Translations under genes and position numbers: made by a program
Notes under the pieces: generated by a model
Seen by the model: only the letters and a program-made list of their open reading frames with translations
What the model was told of the DNA's origin: nothing
The model's database searches: none
Source: Candidatus Gottesmanbacteria bacterium RIFCSPHIGHO2_01_FULL_40_15
GTDB lineage: Bacteria; Patescibacteriota; Microgenomatia; 2-02-FULL-39-11
Direction of reading: 5' to 3'
Length of the DNA: 64,000 nucleotides
Assembly: GCA_001779115.1 (NCBI GenBank)
Contig: MFJF01000005.1
Location: 76,922 to 140,921, forward strand
In this document: positions 35,454 through 44,018 of the stretch, piece after piece
How the letters are laid out: each line of letters opens with the position of its first letter
How positions within the stretch are numbered: the stretch's first letter is position 1

Positions 35454-37625
35454 ATGTCATTACTTACCCAGATTTTGCCGAAAAAGGAAGGCACAAATTA
35501 TTTCATTCTTTTAGGTCTTGAGGAGAATATTGTCAGGGCGGCGGTTGGAGAAATTTCTGACAGCAAAGTCAGAATCCTGGGAACCGGTAAAAGCGAATTT
35601 GCCGACGAAAAGAATGAAACGGAGGCGGTTGATATGGCCATATCCATGGCCGAAAAATCCCTGCCTGAAGAAATACTTCCGGAAAATGTCATATTTGCCC
35701 TGCCCCAGTTTTATCTTGAAGGAACAAACGTCAAAGAAGAATATTTGAAAAGACTGAAAAAAATTTCCAAAGAGCTGAATTTGAAAGCGGAAGGCTTTGT
35801 CGATTATGCTTCTGCTATCAGCTATTACCTGGATAATGAAGAGGGCGCGCCGCCAACAGTATTGCTTTTTGACCTGACCAAAAACCACCTGACGATAACC
35901 CTTATCAGAATCGGAAAAATTTCCCAGCATGTTATCGTTGACAGAACAGATTCCATAGTATCTGATTTTTCCGGGGCTTTGCCCGAATTTAAGGCGGAAA
36001 TTCTGCCTTCAAGAATTATTCTTTATGACGGTGCGGAAAAAATTGACGAGATAAAAGAAGAACTTCTCAGATTCCCCTGGCACAAGCATTCCATATTCTT
36101 ACATACCCCCAAAATCGAAATTCTGTCAAATGATAAAATTCTGAAATCCATAATTGAGGCGGCATCGACGACATTTCTGCCTAAACCTGACGCATTAATC
36201 CAAATGAAACAGTCTTATAACCCGGAAGACACCGGTGAAAAAGAAACCGTAACTGAAAATCCGCCGAAAATTGGAGAAACACAAAAAATTGTAGGCGATG
36301 AGAATGACAAAGCGCCAGATACGGATAATGAAAATAAACAGAATTTCGGATTTGTCAGTGAAACACTGGCGGAAAAAGCGGAGAAATTTAAAAGAGAAAC
36401 ATCACCATATTCTGAAAGGTCCGGCAGGAAAAACGGACATGAGGCGCCAATTGATATAGGCGCAATTAGCGGTCAAATCATAACCAAATTTAATAATATC
36501 AAAGGAGTTTTTTACCTGGTACCATTGGTTTTATTAATTTTTGTTGCTTATCTTTTTATATTAAATTATCCCAGGGCGTCCGTTTCCTTAATAACTTACC
36601 CCAGACCGTATGATCAGACATTGGATATCGTATTTTCACAGGAAGCCGGGGCGGGAGACGATTTGCCTCTTATATTAACCAGAACTGTTAAAGGCGAGGC
36701 AGGCGGAGAAAAATCAGCCAAAACTACCGGAAAAAACCAGATCGGAGAAAAAGCCAAAGGTGAAATTTCAATTTACAATAAAACTTTATCCTCAAAACAA
36801 TTGCCTAAAGGAACAATTTTACAAACCGGACCGTTAAAATTTACTTTGGATGGTGATGTAAAAATTGCCTCAGCAACGGAAACCGGAGAAGGAATAAACT
36901 TCGGAAAAGCATCGGCTAAAGTAATTGCGGCAGTTATCGGACCGGAAGGAAATCTGGCGGCTAACAGTAATTTCACGGTGGTTGATTTTTCCGACTCTAC
37001 ACTGACTGCCAAAAACAGCCAGCCATTCTCAGGCGGAACAAGCCGGGAGATTGCCAGCATTTCAAGGGAAGACCGGGATAATCTGGAAGAAAAGTTAATG
37101 ACTGAGCTTGTCAATAAAGCCAAACAGAGTCTGGTAAAAGAATTATCATCAGGAGAAAGACTCCTCGAAACACCAATATCAACTGAGATTTCAGCCAAGA
37201 AATTCAGCGGTGAGGCGGGAAGTGAAGCTGAAAAACTTAATCTGTCCATGACATTAACAGTTGAAGCCCAGGTTTTTAAGCAAAACGAATTGGAAAAACT
37301 GGCAGAGGAAAACAAATTATCGGCAATAGCCGGTTATACTTTGGACAAGGATAAAGTGAGCTTCAGCGTTTTAGAGAGTGTGATTGAAAAAAACGGATCA
37401 ATCAAGGCAAAGGTTAAACTTGTTTCCTATTTTATTCCCGATCTTGACATGGGGAAAATCAAAAAAGACCTCAAAGGAAAAACCTATGACGGAGCCGTTT
37501 CATATCTGGAGAAAATCGAAAACATTGCCGGAGTTAAAATATCGGTAATAAGGAAACTGCCTCTTTTTAATAAACGCCTCCCGTATTTGCCGGATAATAT
37601 CAGTGTATCACTGGTATCCAGATAA
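35454..37625 (+). CDS. bitopic membrane protein: N-terminal FtsA/PilM-like (degenerate actin-fold) cytoplasmic region, TM helix, large extracytoplasmic domain
   Basis: The N-terminus YFILLGLEENIVRAAVGEISDSKVRILGTGKS resembles the first phosphate-binding strand of FtsA/PilM but lacks DxGT. A TM helix lies at about residue 345. The 3' end overlaps the sortase ORF. Confidence 0.45.
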   Translation: MSLLTQILPKKEGTNYFILLGLEENIVRAAVGEISDSKVRILGTGKSEFADEKNETEAVDMAISMAEKSLPEEILPENVIFALPQFYLEGTNVKEEYLKRLKKISKELNLKAEGFVDYASAISYYLDNEEGAPPTVLLFDLTKNHLTITLIRIGKISQHVIVDRTDSIVSDFSGALPEFKAEILPSRIILYDGAEKIDEIKEELLRFPWHKHSIFLHTPKIEILSNDKILKSIIEAASTTFLPKPDALIQMKQSYNPEDTGEKETVTENPPKIGETQKIVGDENDKAPDTDNENKQNFGFVSETLAEKAEKFKRETSPYSERSGRKNGHEAPIDIGAISGQIITKFNNIKGVFYLVPLVLLIFVAYLFILNYPRASVSLITYPRPYDQTLDIVFSQEAGAGDDLPLILTRTVKGEAGGEKSAKTTGKNQIGEKAKGEISIYNKTLSSKQLPKGTILQTGPLKFTLDGDVKIASATETGEGINFGKASAKVIAAVIGPEGNLAANSNFTVVDFSDSTLTAKNSQPFSGGTSREIASISREDRDNLEEKLMTELVNKAKQSLVKELSSGERLLETPISTEISAKKFSGEAGSEAEKLNLSMTLTVEAQVFKQNELEKLAEENKLSAIAGYTLDKDKVSFSVLESVIEKNGSIKAKVKLVSYFIPDLDMGKIKKDLKGKTYDGAVSYLEKIENIAGVKISVIRKLPLFNKRLPYLPDNISVSLVSR

Positions 37626-37632
37626 GGGAAAA

Positions 37633-38337
37633 ATGGCAATTTATTCCTACACCAAAACAAAAGCGCCGATATCAAAAAAACTTCTATCGGTAATATCAGT
37701 CGTTCTCATACTGACAGGACTGACTCTTTTAACTGCCGTCATCTACCCGATCGTTGCTTTTGAAATTTATTATTCTTCAAAATATGCCAATTTAATCAAG
37801 CCGATTCCTGATGACAATAAATCATTAACCGGAAATTTATCGGAGGTGCTGGGTACGGCCTTTACCGATTACACAAAAGCAAGCATCTGGTTTCCCAAGG
37901 CCAGCCGGGTTAATCTTGTCAGGAATTCTTCCCAATATCTGTTGTCGATTCCCAAATTAAAAGTAAATAAGGCAAATGTTATTGTCGGATCAGATGACCT
38001 GTCAAAATCGCTGATACACTTTACCGGACCGCTACCGGGAAGCCGCGGAAATCCGGTCATATTCGGGCATTCAACCATACTTCTTTTTTACAACCCTTCA
38101 GACTATAAAGCGATTTTTTCCAAACTTCCTGATCTTGAACTGGGAGATGAGATATTTATTGAACTGGATAATGTCACCTATACTTTCAGAGTTTATGATA
38201 TGTTTATAACATCACCTTCGGATCTGTCGGTGCTGGAGCAAAATACCGACGATGAAGAAATTACTTTGATAACTTGTGTTCCTCCGGGAACATATCTTAA
38301 GCGGTTTATAGTTAAAGCGAGACTGGAAAAAATATAA
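37633..38337 (+). CDS. sortase family transpeptidase
   Basis: N-terminal TM helix, catalytic His (IFGHS), TLITC (TLxTC Cys) and a conserved Arg (VKARL). The start is placed at the ATG with an AAGGGA RBS; the track start at 37603 is rejected. Confidence 0.8.
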   Translation: MAIYSYTKTKAPISKKLLSVISVVLILTGLTLLTAVIYPIVAFEIYYSSKYANLIKPIPDDNKSLTGNLSEVLGTAFTDYTKASIWFPKASRVNLVRNSSQYLLSIPKLKVNKANVIVGSDDLSKSLIHFTGPLPGSRGNPVIFGHSTILLFYNPSDYKAIFSKLPDLELGDEIFIELDNVTYTFRVYDMFITSPSDLSVLEQNTDDEEITLITCVPPGTYLKRFIVKARLEKI

Positions 38338-38342
38338 ACTTC

Positions 38343-39641
38343 ATGAAAAAAATAAAAGACGTCAATGTTACCCGGTCCTTTAATAATTATCAGGCCGTCT
38401 CGGCAATTAAAAAGAAATTACTCGGAAAAAGACTTAATTACCAGGAAATTTTCTCCTTAATGGATGAAGTAGCCCATGAACGGCTGGGACCTATTCTGAC
38501 AACTTATTTTGTCGCCGCCGGATTCAAGGAAGGATTTACCAAAACGGAACTTTTCTATTTGACAAAAGCCATGGCCGATACCGGCCAAAAACTGAATTTA
38601 AAAGGAACAGTGGCCGATAAGCATTCTACCGGGGGCCTGGCCGGAACCAGAACAACAATGATTTTGGTACCGATAGTTGCCTCGGCCGGTTTTAAAATAC
38701 CCAAGAATTCATCCCGGGCTATTACAACACCGGCCGGAACCGCCGATACCATGGAAGTTTTGGCACCGGTTACTTTTCCCTTGAAAAAAATAGAGCAAAT
38801 GGTCAATAAAACAGGAGGAGTAATTGTATGGGGCGGCCATTTAGGTCTGGCTCCGGCGGATGATGTGATTATCCAGGTAGAAACACCGTTATCTTTTGAG
38901 TCATTTGACAAAATAATCGTATCAATTATGGCTAAAAAAATTGCATCGGGAGCAACCCATCTGGTACTGGACATTCCGGTCGGGCCAACCGTTAAAATTA
39001 ATCATTTCAAAGACGCGGAATTAATTGCCGATAAATTCAAGTTTTTAGCCAAACGTTTCAAAATAAAAGTGACTGTTGATATTAACCAGGCGCTTGAACC
39101 GGCCGGGCACGGAGTTGGACCGGCTTTGGAGGCAAGAGACGTACTCAAAGTTTTGGAACAGAGACCGGACCGGCCTTTCATGCTTGAGGCTAAAGCATTA
39201 AGACTTGCCGGAAAGCTTCTTGATCTTTGTCTGTCAAACGGCAAAAACGGCAAAAAAAAACCGGCCGGCAGCAGCGGAGAGGAAATGGCCGTCAAAATTC
39301 TTAAAAGCGGAAAAGCTTTAAAAAAGATGAGGGAAATAATTAAAATCCAGGGAGGAAACAGCCAGATCAGCAGCGAATCAGTCAAACTCGGACAATACCG
39401 CTTCGATGTTCCTTCCATAACCAAAGGAACGATTACCGGCTTCAACAATAACGATCTGACGGTAATTGCCAAGATTCTGGGCTGCCCCCAAGATAAAACG
39501 GCCGGAATATACTTAAACCGCAGAATAGATGAAAAAGTGGACAAGAACGATATTTTGTGTATATTATATTCTGGCGACAAATGGAGGTTGGAAGAAGCAA
39601 AAGATACACTTTTGAATGTTCCTATTTACCGGATTGAATAG
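38343..39641 (+). CDS. pyrimidine-nucleoside (thymidine)/AMP phosphorylase family protein
   Basis: DKHSTGGLAG and ...TTPAGTADTMEVL match the thymidine phosphorylase signatures. The protein is 432 aa. Confidence 0.8.
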   Translation: MKKIKDVNVTRSFNNYQAVSAIKKKLLGKRLNYQEIFSLMDEVAHERLGPILTTYFVAAGFKEGFTKTELFYLTKAMADTGQKLNLKGTVADKHSTGGLAGTRTTMILVPIVASAGFKIPKNSSRAITTPAGTADTMEVLAPVTFPLKKIEQMVNKTGGVIVWGGHLGLAPADDVIIQVETPLSFESFDKIIVSIMAKKIASGATHLVLDIPVGPTVKINHFKDAELIADKFKFLAKRFKIKVTVDINQALEPAGHGVGPALEARDVLKVLEQRPDRPFMLEAKALRLAGKLLDLCLSNGKNGKKKPAGSSGEEMAVKILKSGKALKKMREIIKIQGGNSQISSESVKLGQYRFDVPSITKGTITGFNNNDLTVIAKILGCPQDKTAGIYLNRRIDEKVDKNDILCILYSGDKWRLEEAKDTLLNVPIYRIE

Positions 39642-39654
39642 AATATAAAGCAAA

Positions 39655-39861
39655 ATGTTTAAAAACGTAATTGCACCGGTTCAAGCCTGGCTTATTTCCC
39701 AGGGAAGATGCGTCGGTTGCGGCAAATCGTTGAAAAGCGGAAAAAGAGTCAAGGAAATCAGCCAAGAAGAAAGGGTTACCTGTAAATACTGCGGCAGGAT
39801 TTATCTTTTTGATGTAACAAAAAGAATTTACCGCCGGGCCCCGGTACCCGTTAAAAAATGA
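39655..39861 (+). CDS. small zinc-ribbon protein (hypothetical)
   Basis: CVGCG...CKYCG forms a four-Cys ribbon in a 68-aa protein. Confidence 0.4.
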   Translation: MFKNVIAPVQAWLISQGRCVGCGKSLKSGKRVKEISQEERVTCKYCGRIYLFDVTKRIYRRAPVPVKK

Positions 39862-40823
39862 AAAAAAAACTTTATGTTCTGGTCATTGTTTTGGTAATTA
39901 TCAGTCTGCCTTTATATCTATGGTATTTGCAGGCTGTTAAACCGGTAAATCCGTTAAACCGTGATTTTGAAACCTTCACAATAGAAAAGGGTGAAAATGT
40001 CAGAACAATCAGCCAAAGACTGGAGAGTGAGAAACTGGTCCGATCAGGTCTGGTTTTTTTTCTTGTGTCCCGATTCACGGATCTGGGCAAAAGTATTCAG
40101 GCCGGAGATTTTCTTTTAAGTCCCTCTATGAACTTAAACGAAATAGCCGAAGAACTTAAACACGGGACAACCGATATCCGGCTGACAATTCCTGAGGGCT
40201 GGCGCAAAGAGGAGATAGCCACAAAAGTTGCCGTTACATTTCAAATTCCGGAGAGCGAATTTCTTAAAACCTCAGAAGAAGGATATTTATTTCCGGACAC
40301 TTACTCCATGCCGAAAGAAATAATAGCCCAGGAAATTGTCCAAATCATGAAGGATAATTTTAATAAAAAAATGGGCACTATTGACTTGGGAGCTTTGGAT
40401 AAATTCGGATTGTCTTTGAACGATCTGGTTATTATCGCCTCCCTGGTTGAAAGAGAGGCAAAACTGCATGAAGACCGGCCGCTTATAGCCAGTGTGATTT
40501 TAAACCGGCTGAAAATTGGCATGAAACTGGATATTGATGCCACTGTCCAGTATATTTTGGGTTACCAGCCGAACGAAAAAAGCTGGTGGAAGAAAGATTT
40601 AACACTTGAAGATTTGGAGACTGACTCTTCTTATAACACTTATATTAACGCCGGACTGCCGCCGGCACCGATTGCCAACCCGGGTTATCTTTCACTTAAG
40701 GCTGTTTTGGAAGCTCCGGGGAATAATTATCTTTATTATGTGGCCGACAGTAACGGTAAATCACACTTTGCCGAAAGCTTTGAAGAACACGCTTCCAATA
40801 TCAGTAAATACTTAAGCAAGTAA
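39858..40823 (+). CDS. mltG: endolytic murein transglycosylase MltG (YceG-like)
   Basis: N-terminal TM helix. The catalytic block is IASLVEREAKLHEDRPLIASVILNRL. Confidence 0.85.
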   Translation: MKKKLYVLVIVLVIISLPLYLWYLQAVKPVNPLNRDFETFTIEKGENVRTISQRLESEKLVRSGLVFFLVSRFTDLGKSIQAGDFLLSPSMNLNEIAEELKHGTTDIRLTIPEGWRKEEIATKVAVTFQIPESEFLKTSEEGYLFPDTYSMPKEIIAQEIVQIMKDNFNKKMGTIDLGALDKFGLSLNDLVIIASLVEREAKLHEDRPLIASVILNRLKIGMKLDIDATVQYILGYQPNEKSWWKKDLTLEDLETDSSYNTYINAGLPPAPIANPGYLSLKAVLEAPGNNYLYYVADSNGKSHFAESFEEHASNISKYLSK

Positions 40824-40859
40824 TTAATTTGCCGTTTTTATGGTAAAATAAGGCAGAAT

Positions 40860-40970
40860 ATGGCCAATCAGGAACGGGAACCTAATCCAAATAAAGAGGC
40901 ACTGAAAAAAATCGGTAAAGCACTGGGTATTGCGGCTATTGCAGTTCTGGGCTTGGCTTTTATCTTATAA
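40860..40970 (+). CDS. possible 36-aa single-TM micro-protein
   Basis: MANQEREPNPNKEALKKIGKALGIAAIAVLGLAFIL. It has a weak RBS and is too short to trust. Confidence 0.2.
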   Translation: MANQEREPNPNKEALKKIGKALGIAAIAVLGLAFIL

Positions 40971-40991
40971 AATTTATCCCCTTTCAATAAT

Positions 40992-42119
40992 ATGCTGTCA
41001 AACGTTAAATGTCCCAATTGCGGCCATTCCATTGAATTAACCGAAGCCGTGAAAAAAGAATGGGAAGCGGAATTTACAAAAAAGGACGAGCAAAAGAGGA
41101 AGGAAGAACTCGCCCGAGCGGTAAAAAACGCGGAAGTGAAAGCGTTTGAAAAAGTAACACAAGATTTCAACATTAAGCTAAAACAATCAATTGAGGAAGC
41201 CAGTGAAGAAAAGGAGAGAAACAGGAAATTACTTACCGATTTAAGTGAGAATAACAAGCTAATAAGGGAGCTGAAAAGAAAAGATGAGGAAAGACAAATC
41301 GAAACGGAAAAGAAAATGATGGAAATGGAAGAAAAGATTAAGACTGAAGCCAGAAAACAGGCCGATTATGAGAATAAACTGAAACTTTTGGAGAAAGAAA
41401 AAAAACTGGCAGAGGCTTTGAAAATGAATGAGGAACTGACCCGGAAACTTAATCAGGGATCACAGCAAACCCAGGGGGAAGTTCTGGAACTGGAACTGGA
41501 AAAAATATTAAATACAGCTTTTCCGACTGATGAGATAAAACCCGTTGAAAAAGGCATAAGAGGCGCCGACATAGTTCAAAAAGTCTGGGACAGGCAGGGA
41601 AATTGCTGCGGAACAATTCTCTGGGAGACGAAAAATGCCAAATGGAACAGTGAATGGATTGATAAACTGAAAGCTGATTTGAGAACCGTCAAAGCTGAAA
41701 TCGCCATTCTGGTATCTGAAGAGATTCCCAAAGACATCAAATCAGCCGGTTTCAGGGACGGTGTTTGGATAACGGAACGCAGGTTTATTGTTGCTTTGGC
41801 AACGGCACTCCGGGCGGTTATTATCCAGAATTACCATGTGAAAAAATCAGTAAAGGGAAAAAATGAAAAGATGGAAACCATATACCAATATATATCGGGA
41901 GTGGAATTTAAACACCGGATAGAAACAATCGTTGATGCTTTTTCCCTTCTCCAGGATGAACTGGAAAAGGAAAAAAGGTTTTTCGCTTCCAAATGGTCCA
42001 GACAGGAAAAATATTTAAGGGGCATTATCGATCATACGCTGGGGATTCACGGGGATCTGAAAGGAATACTGGGTTCGTCACTTCCCGAACTGAAGGGACT
42101 GCAATTATCGCTTGAGTAA
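40992..42119 (+). CDS. DUF2130-type protein: N-terminal Zn-ribbon, long coiled coil, C-terminal PD-(D/E)xK-like domain
   Basis: Starts with a CPNCGH zinc ribbon, then roughly 130 aa of K/E-rich coiled coil. The C-terminal domain has nuclease-like motifs GEVLELELE...GADIVQKV...ILWETKN (an E...D...ExK arrangement). Confidence 0.55.
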   Translation: MLSNVKCPNCGHSIELTEAVKKEWEAEFTKKDEQKRKEELARAVKNAEVKAFEKVTQDFNIKLKQSIEEASEEKERNRKLLTDLSENNKLIRELKRKDEERQIETEKKMMEMEEKIKTEARKQADYENKLKLLEKEKKLAEALKMNEELTRKLNQGSQQTQGEVLELELEKILNTAFPTDEIKPVEKGIRGADIVQKVWDRQGNCCGTILWETKNAKWNSEWIDKLKADLRTVKAEIAILVSEEIPKDIKSAGFRDGVWITERRFIVALATALRAVIIQNYHVKKSVKGKNEKMETIYQYISGVEFKHRIETIVDAFSLLQDELEKEKRFFASKWSRQEKYLRGIIDHTLGIHGDLKGILGSSLPELKGLQLSLE

Positions 42120-42121
42120 GT

Positions 42122-42709
42122 ATGTTAAAACTCCGCTTATTTATAGCCATACCGCTTCCCGATAATCTTCTGGATAATATTATAAAATGCCAAAATTCCC
42201 TGAAAACTGAAAAAGCTTTGTCCAATTCGGGAGCTCGATTTACCAGTCGGGAAAATCTGCACATAACCGTATTATTTTTAGGATACCTTGAGGAGAAATC
42301 GGTTGACCAACTACTGGAAATTATCAGGCAAACCACCAATCGTGTCTCCCCTTTCAGTCTTACTCCGGTAAATTTTACTTTTGCTTCGCCCGGTGCCCCC
42401 CCGAGAATGGTTTGGCTAAATTTTCAGAAAAACGATGAGTATAATTGGCTTTACCGTAATTTAAGCCGGCCGGTTAAAGATTTTTTCAATAAATCCCAAC
42501 AGAAATTTGATTATGAGAAAAGGGAAAAATTAATCCATGTAACGGCTGCCAGATTTAAAAGCCCCCCAGTAAAAAATGAAACGGATAAAATTAAGTTACC
42601 GGCAATAAGTCATGAAGAATTTCTTTGCAGGGAAATCATCCTTTATAAATCAATCTTAAAAAAAGAAGGGGCACAATATGTCCAAATTTCCCGGTTTAAC
42701 TTAACTTAA
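42122..42709 (+). CDS. thpR: RNA 2',3'-cyclic phosphodiesterase (2H family, ThpR/LigT-like)
   Basis: Two H-x-T motifs (LHITVLFLG and IHVTAARF) in a 195-aa protein. Confidence 0.7.
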   Translation: MLKLRLFIAIPLPDNLLDNIIKCQNSLKTEKALSNSGARFTSRENLHITVLFLGYLEEKSVDQLLEIIRQTTNRVSPFSLTPVNFTFASPGAPPRMVWLNFQKNDEYNWLYRNLSRPVKDFFNKSQQKFDYEKREKLIHVTAARFKSPPVKNETDKIKLPAISHEEFLCREIILYKSILKKEGAQYVQISRFNLT

Positions 42710-42712
42710 GAT

Positions 42713-43024
42713 ATGACTCAAGAAGAAAAAGTATTCAGGTTTGTTTCAGCCATACCGGCAGGGAAAGTTACGACTTATAAAAACCTGGCCGGGGTTTGCG
42801 GTATTAAAAATCCAAGATTGGTGGGCAGAATCCTTCATAAAAACACCGATCCGCTAAATATCCCCTGCCACCGGGTGGTAAGAGCGGACGGATCCCTTTC
42901 AGCAGGCTACGCATACGGAGGCAAACGGGGTCAAAAGAAAAGGCTTATTGCCGAAGGGATTATCATCAACAATCATAAAATTGACTTAAACAAATTCTGC
43001 TTCTATTTTCCCCGATCGGGCTGA
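42713..43024 (+). CDS. MGMT-family DNA-binding domain protein (methylated-DNA-protein-cysteine methyltransferase-like)
   Basis: VTTYKNLAGVCG...IPCHRVVRADGSL carries the PCHRV active-site motif in a 103-aa single-domain protein. Confidence 0.7.
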   Translation: MTQEEKVFRFVSAIPAGKVTTYKNLAGVCGIKNPRLVGRILHKNTDPLNIPCHRVVRADGSLSAGYAYGGKRGQKKRLIAEGIIINNHKIDLNKFCFYFPRSG

Positions 43025-43039
43025 AACGGATTATTAATT

Positions 43040-43915
43040 CTATTCCAATTCTTCACCTAATTGTTTTAAGAGTTCCTTTTGCCGGTTATTCAGTTTCTGG
43101 GGGATATTGATTATTACCCTGACGTATAGGTCTCCGCGGCCGGAATCTCTGACATGAGGAACTCCTTTACCTCTTAATCTTATTAAAGTACCGGGTTGAG
43201 TTCCCGGTTGTATTTTTATATTTACCGGGCCGTCAACGGTCGGGACTGCGATGACATCTCCGAGAGCTGCCCGGACTATTGAGATATTCAGATCGGTTAT
43301 AAGGTCATAGCCGTCCCTTTTAAATCTTGAGTCAGGAGTAACATTAATGACAATATCATAATCCTTAAATCTGACGATAGATCCGGTATCGACTCCTTTG
43401 GGAATTTTTACGGTCACTTCTTTTGAATCCAGGGTAACTTTTTTCTCGGTACCCTTAACAGCTTCCATAAAATCAATGGTCAACCGGTAGGCCGGTCTTG
43501 AACGGTATCTGCCTCCGAAGGGAGACGCTCCACCGAAGAACTGTTCAAATATTTCAAACGGATCGGAAAAACCGCCGAAATCAATCCCTTCAAAAGGCGA
43601 GCCGCCGCCGGTTGAAGTATAGGTATAGGTGAACGGACCATATCTGCCCGTATGGCTTCCTTGCCCGGCCTGACCTTGACCGAAACCCGAACCGGGAGCA
43701 AAAGCTTGCGAACCGTACTGGTCATATACTTCCTTCTTTTTGGAGTCTGATAAAACTTCATAAGCCCTGGTAATTTCCTTAAATTTTTCAGCCGCTTTGG
43801 GGTCTTTATTCCGGTCAGGATGCCACTCCAATGCCAATTTACGGTAGGCTTTTTTTAAATCAGCCGGTGAGGCATTTTTTGATACACCGAGAATCTGGTA
43901 ATAATCCTGTGCCAT
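43040..43915 (-). CDS. dnaJ: DnaJ-family co-chaperone (CbpA-like, no Zn-finger domain)
   Basis: J domain with HPD (YYQILGV...EWHPDRNKD), a G/F region and C-terminal substrate-binding domains. No CxxCxGxG repeats. Confidence 0.85.
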   Translation of the reverse strand: MAQDYYQILGVSKNASPADLKKAYRKLALEWHPDRNKDPKAAEKFKEITRAYEVLSDSKKKEVYDQYGSQAFAPGSGFGQGQAGQGSHTGRYGPFTYTYTSTGGGSPFEGIDFGGFSDPFEIFEQFFGGASPFGGRYRSRPAYRLTIDFMEAVKGTEKKVTLDSKEVTVKIPKGVDTGSIVRFKDYDIVINVTPDSRFKRDGYDLITDLNISIVRAALGDVIAVPTVDGPVNIKIQPGTQPGTLIRLRGKGVPHVRDSGRGDLYVRVIINIPQKLNNRQKELLKQLGEELE

Positions 43916-43971
43916 ATTTATAAACCTAATTTAATAATTTTATTATGAATTGACAAGTAACGCCAATAATA

Positions 43972-43994
43972 GGGCGCGCTAAATTTGCGCGCCC
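43972..43994 (-). terminator. GC-rich perfect palindrome between dnaK and dnaJ (attenuator/partial terminator)
   Basis: GGGCGCGC-taaattt-GCGCGCCC, flanked by T-rich sequence on both strands. It stands out against the AT-rich surroundings. Confidence 0.45.
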
Positions 43995-44018
43995 GTTCTT
44001 TTTATTGTTAATAAGAAT

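Noticed and set aside
43972-43994. GC palindrome as a transposon terminal inverted repeat or insertion-sequence end
   Set aside because: It is a single 23-bp hairpin with no transposase gene and no second copy in the window. Its position between dnaK and dnaJ fits an attenuator better.
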